Shown here one piece after another: positions 1-8,136 of a stretch of 64,000 bases of DNA. The notes below the pieces were generated by a model. That model saw nothing but the letters and a program-made list of their open reading frames with translations, ran no database searches and was not told where the DNA came from. The DNA comes from a virus, in the IMG/VR virus record IMGVR_UViG_3300037483_001478, positions 7,989 through 71,988 of that record. The stretch is one strand, 5' to 3'. The translations under genes and the position numbers were made by a program. The first letter of the stretch is position 1; each line of letters starts with the position of its first letter.

Positions 1-4
1 CAAT

Positions 5-223
5 GTGGTCAAGAAGCTGGAATCCTACCTCGTGCAGTACACCGATGGCGAAAACAGGGAGCAGGTACGAGTGTGCTTGATCGAGCCTACGACAAAGTCG
101 GTGTTTGTCGTACAGGAAAATATCTCGCGCACGCCGATTGTCACCAACGCCACCGAGTGGTTCAAGAAAGCATTGCTGAAGGGCCTGGAGCTCGAGACTT
201 CTTCCGACGGGAAGTCCATCTGA
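5..223 (+). CDS. hypothetical protein (possibly 5'-truncated by window edge)
   Basis: ORF whose TGA overlaps the next ATG (TGATG at 221-225). Confidence 0.55.
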   Translation: MVKKLESYLVQYTDGENREQVRVCLIEPTTKSVFVVQENISRTPIVTNATEWFKKALLKGLELETSSDGKSI

Positions 224-591
224 TGGACGTGTCAAAAATCAAGCCAATGGGCCCTTGGATCTTGGTCAAGATGGAGTCTCCTCCTGACCAGACCGAAGGA
301 GGGGTTTACCTCCCTCAGGGCAATTTGATGGAAAGGCTGGGCTACTCCGTGGGCTTGGTACTTGCTGCGGGCCCTGGGGAGTTCAACCAAGGCAAAGCGG
401 CGGTCTCGGCAAAATACAAGCCTATTGGGGTGTCTTCAGGGGATCGGGTGGTGTTCCGTGGCTATCTGCAGGAGGCCAATCGCCCTGGAGGAGTAATAGA
501 CCGAGAGCATTCTCTCATTCACGTTTCCGACGTCATTGGTGTCCTACTGGACGACGCCCGGCTAGAGCCGGCTCTTCCCTACGACAACTAA
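223..591 (+). CDS. groES: GroES/Cpn10-like co-chaperonin
   Basis: IKPMGPWILVK, mobile loop TEGGVYLP, GLVLAAGPG, GDRVVF, terminal SDVIGVL; start reassigned to ATG 223, coupled to upstream stop. Confidence 0.88.
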   Translation: MDVSKIKPMGPWILVKMESPPDQTEGGVYLPQGNLMERLGYSVGLVLAAGPGEFNQGKAAVSAKYKPIGVSSGDRVVFRGYLQEANRPGGVIDREHSLIHVSDVIGVLLDDARLEPALPYDN

Positions 592-592
592 C

Positions 593-1600
593 ATGGGCTT
601 TCTTCGGAAATTGATAGGGTGTGACGATGTACCTAGTTCACGAAAAACTGGGCAGCCCCGGAACGTGGGAGATAGCGTGGATGTGGCTTCCCCAGTTTTT
701 GGCATTGGATCGAGCGCTGATACGCTCGTTGGACCAGTCGATGACGAAGGAATTTCAGGGAGCACAGAAAGAGGACCTACAGAAGTCGATGCACCTGAGG
801 GTAGTGGACTTGATAGTGAACAAATACCCAATGGTGGGCTTGCGGGAATATCTCCTTGGGGTGGAGAAGCTGGACTCGGCTACCCCGCTTGGCTCGACGT
901 CCCAGGGATAGAGCACTTCAAGGAGCCGCGATATCGTCATTGGTCTTCTCGGGAAGGGTACCACCCAGACGCGATCTACCTCCATTTTACGGCAGGCGGC
1001 TCCTACACGTCGAGCATTCGCTGGTTTCACGACTACGACGAGTCGAGGGCGTGTTCTCATTTTGTAGTGGGGCGTCAGGGGCAAGTAGCTCAAACGGCCC
1101 CGCTTGATGTAAGGGCGTGGCACGCGGGGCTTGCTACTTTTCCTATGGCTAAGCCTGGGGAAAGCAGTTGGACGAATCGTTCTCGCCCTGACCGCTCTGC
1201 GATCGGCATCGAGATTGCCAATTTCGGGCTGATGTACAAAGAGGGCGCCGAGTTCTACTTGGAGCGAGGCAATCTGGAAAAGCGCTACAAGAAAGAACAA
1301 TACGGTGAACCCAAACGCGGTACGCTCTACCTTCCTGGAGTCATTCCTATCGAAGGGTATTGGGAGCCCTACACGCCAATGGCCATTGACGCGGTTGTGC
1401 GGCTTGTCGTGCAGCTCAAAAAAGTATTCGACATACCTCTCGAGCGGATTGTGGGGCACGAAGATGTGGCGTCTCCTGTAGGTAGAAAAGTAGACCCAGG
1501 ACCCCTATGGCCCTGGGTAGAATTCATGTTGAGGGTAAGAGACCTGGGCGGCGTTTCCGTTCCCCCTAATGTGTGGAGCTTGCATCGTGGTAAGCGCTGA
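593..1600 (+). CDS. N-acetylmuramoyl-L-alanine amidase (Amidase_2/AmpD-like), probable endolysin
   Basis: LHFTAG, SHFVV, AWHAG, IGIEI, GHEDV..RKVDPG Zn-amidase motifs; acidic low-complexity N-terminal ~100 aa. Confidence 0.9.
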   Translation: MGFLRKLIGCDDVPSSRKTGQPRNVGDSVDVASPVFGIGSSADTLVGPVDDEGISGSTERGPTEVDAPEGSGLDSEQIPNGGLAGISPWGGEAGLGYPAWLDVPGIEHFKEPRYRHWSSREGYHPDAIYLHFTAGGSYTSSIRWFHDYDESRACSHFVVGRQGQVAQTAPLDVRAWHAGLATFPMAKPGESSWTNRSRPDRSAIGIEIANFGLMYKEGAEFYLERGNLEKRYKKEQYGEPKRGTLYLPGVIPIEGYWEPYTPMAIDAVVRLVVQLKKVFDIPLERIVGHEDVASPVGRKVDPGPLWPWVEFMLRVRDLGGVSVPPNVWSLHRGKR

Positions 1601-1793
1601 TCACCATGAAGACATCCCAGAGGACGAGGCAGACGCTGAGAAAGCGCGGGTAAATCTCATCGTGGAGAAGGACCTCGTAGACTGGGTGCATATGTACGCT
1701 GCTAGAAGGGGAACTTCACTATCAGCGCTAGTGCGCAATTTCTTTCACGACTTGAGGGTACGGGAGAGCTTGCCGGATGTCAGACAGATCTAA
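1569..1793 (+). CDS. ribbon-helix-helix DNA-binding protein
   Basis: RVNLIVEKDLVDWVHMYAARRGTSLSALVRNFF fits the RHH pattern; true start may be slightly downstream. Confidence 0.7.
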   Translation: MCGACIVVSADHHEDIPEDEADAEKARVNLIVEKDLVDWVHMYAARRGTSLSALVRNFFHDLRVRESLPDVRQI

Positions 1794-2448
1794 TAGACCA
1801 GTTAAGTCAGAACGCTACGGCTTGCCTCCTTCCATAGACGGCATCTGCTCACTACTCCGCCAAGTTTTGAGCGGGGGGTCTGTGAAAAGAGTCGAGATCG
1901 ACACTAAGGAGGCTATCCGGGTGTTCCGGTGGGTGGACACTGATGGGATGGAAGAGATTGAGTTGGACCTAGAAGGGGTGCTCCGTAATGTGGAGCCGCT
2001 GGTGGAGTACGACAACCCTGCGGCGGCAGCCTCTGAGGTACTGCTCGATATGTTTCACCTCGCCCGGGCGGAAAAAACAGTACCTTGCGCGTGGGTCACC
2101 GCTACGGGCAATGAGGCATTCCTAGATGATTGGATTGGTCACCAGAAAAGGGGAATGCCTGGAGATCTACGCACGTTGTTTGGCCTTCCGGTATACCGAC
2201 TAAAGTCCCTTCCGGACGAAGCACTAATTCTCTGTGCTACGCCCTACGAAACGGGGGCTATCGGCGAGGTGAGCTTTGCAGTCAAGGCCACCATGGAGGT
2301 AGTCAATGAACCAATCCGTGCGGTTGCTTATCCAGGCGGGATTAATTCCGGAGAACGTACTCCAGCAACTAGTAAAGTGGCGCCTTCTCCCGGAGGACTA
2401 CGAAAAGTCCAGTGGCAGCCCCCAAGACTTGGAAAGGCAGTGGGATAG
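1777..2448 (+). CDS. hypothetical protein
   Basis: 223 aa ORF in co-directional run. Confidence 0.7.
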   Translation: MSDRSNRPVKSERYGLPPSIDGICSLLRQVLSGGSVKRVEIDTKEAIRVFRWVDTDGMEEIELDLEGVLRNVEPLVEYDNPAAAASEVLLDMFHLARAEKTVPCAWVTATGNEAFLDDWIGHQKRGMPGDLRTLFGLPVYRLKSLPDEALILCATPYETGAIGEVSFAVKATMEVVNEPIRAVAYPGGINSGERTPATSKVAPSPGGLRKVQWQPPRLGKAVG

Positions 2449-2794
2449 CCCTGAGGCCTTTGTTGACGAGCTTCGAAGGTCTTTGGAGGAGGAATCCAGT
2501 GCCATTCGTGAAACGGAGTTGGACTGGTCGGGCGGGTACTTGGAAGCTGTCATCCACACAGCGGAAGAGGAAGCTTTTTGCGTTCGGGAAGTTTTCGTTG
2601 ACACCCAGAAGAGGGTGGTCCTTCCTGCCAGCTTCCTTACTACGGCGTACTACTTCACATTCATCCGGGGGGACGTCCGGCATACAGCCAAGGTGCTACG
2701 AAGGGAACCTAGGTACAGCGGAACCATCATAGTTGCTTGGGTGTTCTACCTAGACACGGAGGGCTTCGATGAGAGTGTTTTCAAATCACACTAG
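2306..2794 (+). CDS. hypothetical protein
   Basis: 162 aa ORF, GGAGGT SD upstream of ATG 2306. Confidence 0.7.
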   Translation: MNQSVRLLIQAGLIPENVLQQLVKWRLLPEDYEKSSGSPQDLERQWDSPEAFVDELRRSLEEESSAIRETELDWSGGYLEAVIHTAEEEAFCVREVFVDTQKRVVLPASFLTTAYYFTFIRGDVRHTAKVLRREPRYSGTIIVAWVFYLDTEGFDESVFKSH

Positions 2795-2909
2795 AATGGT
2801 GACGTGGCTGTTCTTGGGCCGCTACCTGGAAGGCGCGATAGAAGCGTACATTCGGGCGAACGGCCTGGAAGTTTTCAATCCTCCCAAAGACACCAGGGAA
2901 GACAACTGA
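2769..2909 (+). CDS. small hypothetical protein (46 aa, not in ORF track)
   Basis: MRVFSNHTRMVTWLFLGRYLEGAIEAYIRANGLEVFNPPKDTREDN*; GGAGGG upstream; stop overlaps next ATG (TGATG). Confidence 0.5.
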   Translation: MRVFSNHTRMVTWLFLGRYLEGAIEAYIRANGLEVFNPPKDTREDN

Positions 2910-3259
2910 TGAATCTTGTAGCGCGTTGCGGTATTTACGAAACAAGACCCGACGTGTGTCGCACCTACCCGAAGGCTGACAGCTACGTTCCACCGAATTG
3001 CACATACATCTTTACGGGAGAAAAAAGAGAAGGTGAGTGCGCGTGCGACAAAGGCTCTTGTTGTTCTTTACCGAGGCAAGGTGGAGAGCCTGGCGGCGCT
3101 CCGCTACCTGAAGTAGCCGGCGGAGAACCCTGCAAGCACCTCGTGTGGGAAGAGTCTTCGGTTAAAACAGCGTCGCGTCTACCTATTGTGGCGGTAGGAG
3201 ACGACCTGCGGGGCATGGAGGGGCTGTTTGATGAAGCCATCGTGGGATCAAATAGTTGA
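2909..3259 (+). CDS. Cys-cluster protein (YkgJ/CxxCxxCC-like C-terminal motif)
   Basis: CGIYETRPDVCRTYP plus CAC..GSCC and PCKH; start reassigned to coupled ATG 2909. Confidence 0.65.
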   Translation: MNLVARCGIYETRPDVCRTYPKADSYVPPNCTYIFTGEKREGECACDKGSCCSLPRQGGEPGGAPLPEVAGGEPCKHLVWEESSVKTASRLPIVAVGDDLRGMEGLFDEAIVGSNS

Positions 3260-3509
3260 CGAGATACGGGCGCTGGAAAAAGACCTGTTGGCGCTGAATC
3301 AGTCTAGGCATGTACTTCTCCAGAGGATCCGTACTTTGGAGTCAGAAGGCGACGCTGTACGGGTTGATATGTTCAGCAAGTGGCCGCCTTACCAAGTAAT
3401 TGAAAATGGGTTCATCATCGCTATTGTGCGGTGCGAGGGCCTTATTGATGACTATCGGGAGATGTTGAAAAGCTTGGAACCTCCCGCGGTAGCAAGGATC
3501 GTCCTATGA
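3228..3509 (+). CDS. hypothetical coiled-coil protein
   Basis: helical ORF with GGAGGG SD; ATGA overlap with next gene. Confidence 0.65.
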   Translation: MMKPSWDQIVDEIRALEKDLLALNQSRHVLLQRIRTLESEGDAVRVDMFSKWPPYQVIENGFIIAIVRCEGLIDDYREMLKSLEPPAVARIVL

Positions 3510-4033
3510 CTGATGCATTCCAAGAGGTGTTTCGAACCAATGCACGCCCTTTTGAGGCCGAAGGCACGCCAGAGCAGGAAATGGACCACGTAGCGGGCAT
3601 GGTGGCTAATGTGATAACGTCCAGCCACTTCTTTGAAGTGGTGGAATTGAGCGTGAGCGCCCAATATAGCCCAGCTGAGGTGAGGTTGTGGGGGAGGGTG
3701 AAGTTTGAGAACGAGAAGATGTTCATAGCAGAGGTGGTGAAGCCTCTGCTACGGGCTAGCAAGCCGGAGAAAGACTTCAACGCAGACATAAGTAAGCTGT
3801 ACGTCGAGCGAGAGGATATCCGGTCTCCTGGAGGCTACGCAGTGCTGTACGGGTGGCGGCTCGTTTTTTCTAGCTCGAACGCGGCCACGATCCTAAAGGA
3901 AGTGGGTGCTTCGGTAATGACTCTTTCGCCGCAGCACCATCAGGTAGTGGAGATACCTATGCTAGGGGCAGGACCTCCGGCAGGTAATGGCCCGATGGGC
4001 GGCCGGCGCGGCGTAACGCCGGTGAGGGGGTAA
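3506..4033 (+). CDS. hypothetical protein
   Basis: 175 aa ORF, coupled start. Confidence 0.7.
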   Translation: MTDAFQEVFRTNARPFEAEGTPEQEMDHVAGMVANVITSSHFFEVVELSVSAQYSPAEVRLWGRVKFENEKMFIAEVVKPLLRASKPEKDFNADISKLYVEREDIRSPGGYAVLYGWRLVFSSSNAATILKEVGASVMTLSPQHHQVVEIPMLGAGPPAGNGPMGGRRGVTPVRG

Positions 4034-4035
4034 TC

Positions 4036-4722
4036 ATGGCGGCAGAGGTGAAACTGCTCGATATTAACGAACGCCTTGGGAGCGGCGGGGTAGCCTATGC
4101 GCCTTTTGTCCAAGCGCTGAAGCAGGAGGTCTCGGAGGTCAAGGCGAAGTACAAAATAGAGGTGCATTTGGGCAAGCGGCGTGGGCGAGAGACGTTGACA
4201 CCAGGTGTGCTCATGCTGTGGGAGTCGGGCAAGCGCTTCCACGGTGGGGGTGACGATAAGACCTACTGGTGCGGCTACGCGGACTGCGACAAGCCTATTG
4301 ACACCAACTACTTTGGCCATGTCCATGTGGTCTGCCCCTCGTGCAACCGAGAGCTTTTCTTGGACCACGACTTGAAAAGAAAGCACATCGAGCACGCTAT
4401 GACGGAAGGCTTGGACACCAAAGGCCTGCGCCGTATGGCGGTAGTTGTGGGGGAAAAGTACTTCAACCTCCCTACGCAGAGGATTGCGCAGCTCATCGAC
4501 AAGGCATTCAACGCAACAGGTAGAAATGCGGATATCTACCTAAAGTTCTCTCCGAAAGACATTCGGTACGACGCTCTGCACGAAAAAACTTTGGACATCG
4601 ACAAGGTGGAAGTCGCTAGGACCCGGCGCGACCCGGTCATTTATCCTCTGAACAGGATAATCCAAGACCTCACGTCTGGCGGCGACTTCGTTTCTCGTGT
4701 GCGCTCTTTCCTCGAGGCATAG
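4036..4722 (+). CDS. Zn-ribbon-containing hypothetical protein
   Basis: WCGYADC...VCPSC. Confidence 0.72.
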   Translation: MAAEVKLLDINERLGSGGVAYAPFVQALKQEVSEVKAKYKIEVHLGKRRGRETLTPGVLMLWESGKRFHGGGDDKTYWCGYADCDKPIDTNYFGHVHVVCPSCNRELFLDHDLKRKHIEHAMTEGLDTKGLRRMAVVVGEKYFNLPTQRIAQLIDKAFNATGRNADIYLKFSPKDIRYDALHEKTLDIDKVEVARTRRDPVIYPLNRIIQDLTSGGDFVSRVRSFLEA

Positions 4723-4724
4723 TC

Positions 4725-5135
4725 ATGACCACAGCGTTAGCTAAAGTAATGCAGGAGCTGGAGAGCAGCCGCCAAGAGAAGGCGGTGTGGGAGCATGTTC
4801 ACGAGTTCCTGCGGGAGTTTGTTGATGTCGAGGCGCGCCCAGCCACAGCAAAGATGGTAGGCGAAGACTGCCATGCTCGCAGTGTGCCTCAATGCAGAAT
4901 CCGTCAAGTGATGGACTTCATCCAAGAGAGTCACATCGAGAAACTCCGCATGGCTATTTCAGCCATAGAGAACCTTCCAGTGGCCCAAGACAGGACCGAC
5001 GATGACCAAAAAGAGCGAGATTCGAAGGAAGAAGGTGCAGGCAAAAAAGCTATCGGCGCAGGTGGGAAAGTCCCTGGAAACACGAGAGGTAAAAAAATAC
5101 CTAGGGTCTCTCCAAGAAAAATTGGCAAGTCTTGA
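4725..5135 (+). CDS. hypothetical protein
   Basis: 136 aa ORF; C-terminal tail overlaps next gene. Confidence 0.6.
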   Translation: MTTALAKVMQELESSRQEKAVWEHVHEFLREFVDVEARPATAKMVGEDCHARSVPQCRIRQVMDFIQESHIEKLRMAISAIENLPVAQDRTDDDQKERDSKEEGAGKKAIGAGGKVPGNTRGKKIPRVSPRKIGKS

Positions 5136-5667
5136 CAGGTCCCTTGCGACGGTGTTTTCCAACCAAGAGAGCCTGGCGAGTTCGGAGTTCAAGCTGGACG
5201 CGCAGTTCTGCGTTCTTACGCGCCTCACGATTACTACGCTCAACCAGCTGATACAACAAATGTCGACGGTGAGGGATTTTCTTCACCTTCCTCCTACGTT
5301 AGGCGTAGCTCCGAAAGAGCTGGATTATGCATACGTCAACCGCATGTTCCAGGAGTGGGAGCAGTTCAGGTCTCGCCCCGATTTTCGGGAGCATTTCAAA
5401 ACATGGTTTATGGGGGAAGACCTGAGCCGGCTGCCCCTTATCGAACCTGTACCAGAGGTACCCAATGCCGAAAGTGCTACGCCAGAAGCCCCGGAGCCAG
5501 TTCACGGGGAGCCTGATGTGCCCAACCTGTCAGGTGAAAACAGTCCCGATGACGGGGAAGCCTGGGACGCAGATATGCCCGAGATGCAGCAAGACTCTGC
5601 GCCCCCGCCCCTTGAGGTAGTCACCAACGAGCCCAAGCCGGAAGAGACTGATACAGCCTCTCCATAG
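5002..5667 (+). CDS. hypothetical protein, basic N-terminus and acidic Pro-rich C-terminus
   Basis: 221 aa ORF. Confidence 0.68.
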   Translation: MTKKSEIRRKKVQAKKLSAQVGKSLETREVKKYLGSLQEKLASLDRSLATVFSNQESLASSEFKLDAQFCVLTRLTITTLNQLIQQMSTVRDFLHLPPTLGVAPKELDYAYVNRMFQEWEQFRSRPDFREHFKTWFMGEDLSRLPLIEPVPEVPNAESATPEAPEPVHGEPDVPNLSGENSPDDGEAWDADMPEMQQDSAPPPLEVVTNEPKPEETDTASP

Positions 5668-5830
5668 ATTTTTCTTGCGCCTCAGCGTACCTAATGCGCC
5701 CTTTGAGGCGCATTTCCACGGCCACTGATTTCAGCCTACAGTACGCCGCGTAGGCATTAAGAACCTCTGAGGCGTTGTCGTATTCCTTTGGGTCTACACT
5801 CAGGCCGTCCAGATTTATAGCCTCAAACAT
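5621..5830 (-). CDS. small hypothetical protein
   Basis: 69 aa, coupled (TAATG) to ligase stop, GGAGG SD. Confidence 0.7.
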   Translation of the reverse strand: MFEAINLDGLSVDPKEYDNASEVLNAYAAYCRLKSVAVEMRLKGRIRYAEAQEKSMERLYQSLPAWARW

Positions 5831-7239
5831 TATGCCTCCTCGTCATCGTCTTCTCCAGAAGACGGGATCTGGTCAGTGGTGCATTCTTCTACCGTTTTGT
5901 CGCTTCTGAGGCGCACAAATTCGGGGTGCCGTAAAGAGCCTTTGGGGTGCGCTTCTGTGGGCTTGGTCCAGGCAGAAAACTCTACTTGCCACACCAAAGG
6001 GTAGAGCTTAGGGTCAGCGAACCACGTAACATCTGCGTCCGTGAGTCCTCCGCCCACCTTGCTGATAGGCACTTCAAGGCCTGTTTCTGGGTCTAGTAGG
6101 TAAGCCATCACAGAGCCTACGCCACCCATCTTCTTGCCCTTGCCCAATTCTCCGATGCCGTTGGCGGGGTCCCATCGTACGATGAAGTCTGCCTCGAGCT
6201 TAGGCTTCAGCTTCCCTACGGTACTTGGGCGCTCTGGTTTACCCCTGAAATTGTACGCCCGGTCGTCGTACTCAGCACCTTGATCGGTGACGACGTACCC
6301 TTCCCAGTTCTTGTCTTTGGCGAAGTCCAGCAGCGTTTTTACGACGCTATCCCCTGCTTCAAAGTAGATGGACGTATCGACGATAGGGTTGGTGACGTAG
6401 ATGTTGCCGTCTTCGACGTATAGTAGCTCAGGTGCAGAGAACCAACGCGTGGCCTCGGGAAGGCCTTCCACAAGGCTACTGATGAGGTCGTACCGTTCAT
6501 AGAACGCGCGGGTCCTCAACAGGCACTCACCTCCCCAAAATGCTACGTCCCAGACGCACATGCCTAGTCTGCCAGTAACCTCCTGTTTTTGTAAGGCTAG
6601 GTCAGTGAGGGATTGCACGATGGAGCCTACATAACTGAAGTCATCGACAGCGAAGCCGTCTTCGTCGAGCTCCTCTAAGCAACACAATTCCCCCAAGAGT
6701 ACAGAGTTAGGAGGTACGTCCATTTGGCGGGCCGCGTCGAGCAGGTGCGGGTAACGAACCAACCATGGAGTATCGGGCTCGTCTTTGTGCGTGGACAGCA
6801 TGTTGGAAGAATAGAGGCAAGGGGTGCCCTCAGAGTCGAAGAATAGGGCGTGCATCATTCCGTCGCGCTTACGCAAGGCCCAAGCTTGCCCAGCTTCCAG
6901 CCTCTTAGTGAGCCGGGCGGTAAGGCTATTCTGGGGCTTGAAGAACCGCAGGTTGCGGGGCGGGGAATCGAAGTCCATGCTGGTCGACTCGGTCACTCCT
7001 TCGGGCAAATAGCCCTTGCGAGTCTTCAGTAGGATCTGGCGCTCTGCCCACTCGGTGGCTACTACCTCGCTGCTTTTCTCGTTGGCTTTGCCTACATTGA
7101 GAGGGTTGAAGGTCTGCACAGTGGTTTGCAGCGCGCCACCCTTGAGACCCCATACGACCGTTACCTCGTTATCTTGCACGGCTACCTTCCATACTTTGGT
7201 GGCCCCCTTGCGACTGGTTTGTTGCAGCTCGACTTCCAT
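5830..7239 (-). CDS. ATP-dependent DNA ligase with WGR-like N-terminal domain
   Basis: KRDG adenylation motif, LLGE, VWDV, WEGYVV, KLKP, OB-fold C-terminus (KVGGGL..., SLRHPEFVRLRSDK); N-term KVWKV..VVWG. Confidence 0.88.
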   Translation of the reverse strand: MEVELQQTSRKGATKVWKVAVQDNEVTVVWGLKGGALQTTVQTFNPLNVGKANEKSSEVVATEWAERQILLKTRKGYLPEGVTESTSMDFDSPPRNLRFFKPQNSLTARLTKRLEAGQAWALRKRDGMMHALFFDSEGTPCLYSSNMLSTHKDEPDTPWLVRYPHLLDAARQMDVPPNSVLLGELCCLEELDEDGFAVDDFSYVGSIVQSLTDLALQKQEVTGRLGMCVWDVAFWGGECLLRTRAFYERYDLISSLVEGLPEATRWFSAPELLYVEDGNIYVTNPIVDTSIYFEAGDSVVKTLLDFAKDKNWEGYVVTDQGAEYDDRAYNFRGKPERPSTVGKLKPKLEADFIVRWDPANGIGELGKGKKMGGVGSVMAYLLDPETGLEVPISKVGGGLTDADVTWFADPKLYPLVWQVEFSAWTKPTEAHPKGSLRHPEFVRLRSDKTVEECTTDQIPSSGEDDDEEA

Positions 7240-7483
7240 CTCGTTTCCTTTCAGCTAGCGGTGCGTGAAAATAGGTTCTACAGTCCCTACAGAAGAATTC
7301 TGGAGTAGATGGCTCTTGGGTTTCCCAAATAATGCTCAATGAGCCCTCGTCGGAGCTATAAGAGCCGTCTGGGTTAACTATCAGACCTTCTGTTACAGCT
7401 ACAATGCTTTTACGCTGTAATGCGAGGGTTCCCTCGCAACTAGGGCAGCACATGCTGCCCTTAGGAAGACTGGGGTAAGTCAT
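7169..7483 (-). CDS. Zn-ribbon protein
   Basis: CPSC and CRDC pairs; GGAG SD. Confidence 0.6.
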   Translation of the reverse strand: MTYPSLPKGSMCCPSCEGTLALQRKSIVAVTEGLIVNPDGSYSSDEGSLSIIWETQEPSTPEFFCRDCRTYFHAPLAERKRDGSRAATNQSQGGHQSMEGSRAR

Positions 7484-7694
7484 GGCGAGTCTCCGGAATG
7501 AGTGTTATCTGGACCTGTACTTTCCATAAAAGGCCCTCGGAATCTTTGAGGACCAGCCCTTCAAAAATGGGAGGTTTGACTTTGCGAAGACGCTCGTTGA
7601 ATATGCGCTGCAGTTGCGAAAAGCGGTAAAGACACCCGAATTTGAATCGATTTTCGACATCGCCGGTATGCACAAGGTACCGCGGATCGGACAT
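7461..7694 (-). CDS. hypothetical protein
   Basis: start MSDPRY preceded by GGAGGT. Confidence 0.55.
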   Translation of the reverse strand: MSDPRYLVHTGDVENRFKFGCLYRFSQLQRIFNERLRKVKPPIFEGLVLKDSEGLLWKVQVQITLIPETRHDLPQSS

Positions 7695-7716
7695 AGAACC
7701 TCCGTGAGGTAAGCAA

Positions 7717-7980
7717 ATGGTAAAAGTCACATTGGACGGAGTAGAAGAAAGCATCGTAGTGAACGGGGGTAAGCCGCTACTAGGCTTATGCCGGAAAGAA
7801 GTCGAAGAATTCGACGTCTACCTGAAGACGCAGGTCGGGGGGTTTTTCCGTGAGGGGTTGGCTGAGTTCGAAAAGCGGGCTATTGCGGGCTATCTTTACC
7901 AGAAAATCAGAGGGCGTATCCCAGAAGATGGCCAAGCTCTCCTTACCCACCTGGTTCAGGAAACGACCGAAGGCGCGTAG
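7717..7980 (+). CDS. hypothetical protein
   Basis: 87 aa, GAGGT SD. Confidence 0.65.
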   Translation: MVKVTLDGVEESIVVNGGKPLLGLCRKEVEEFDVYLKTQVGGFFREGLAEFEKRAIAGYLYQKIRGRIPEDGQALLTHLVQETTEGA

Positions 7981-8098
7981 ATCTCCCGAGTACTCCCCGC
8001 TTGCTAACGCGGCGGCGGTGTCGTCCAACTTTGCTGGAGGTACGTGGAAATGCGCGCCAAAGTGCTATAGCTCCGTAGCTGTCCCTTAGCCATTTGGC

Positions 8099-8112
8099 TG
8101 TGGTACGGTTTG
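8099..8112 (+). promoter_or_regulatory. candidate promoter (extended -10-like TGTGG-TACGGT) for the tail module
   Basis: in the intergenic gap before the tape-measure gene; 9-mer TACGGTTTG also at 61669-61677. Confidence 0.35.
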
Positions 8113-8136
8113 TTTGTCTTCCATGCGGAGCCGTAA

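Noticed and set aside
73-222. N-terminal extension of the GroES ORF in the track
   Set aside because: Overlaps the upstream gene; the GroES fold begins at the coupled ATG 223.
7981-8136. Tail-assembly-chaperone frameshift gene or ncRNA before the tape measure
   Set aside because: No suitable ORF, slippery site or convincing RNA fold; treated as promoter region.
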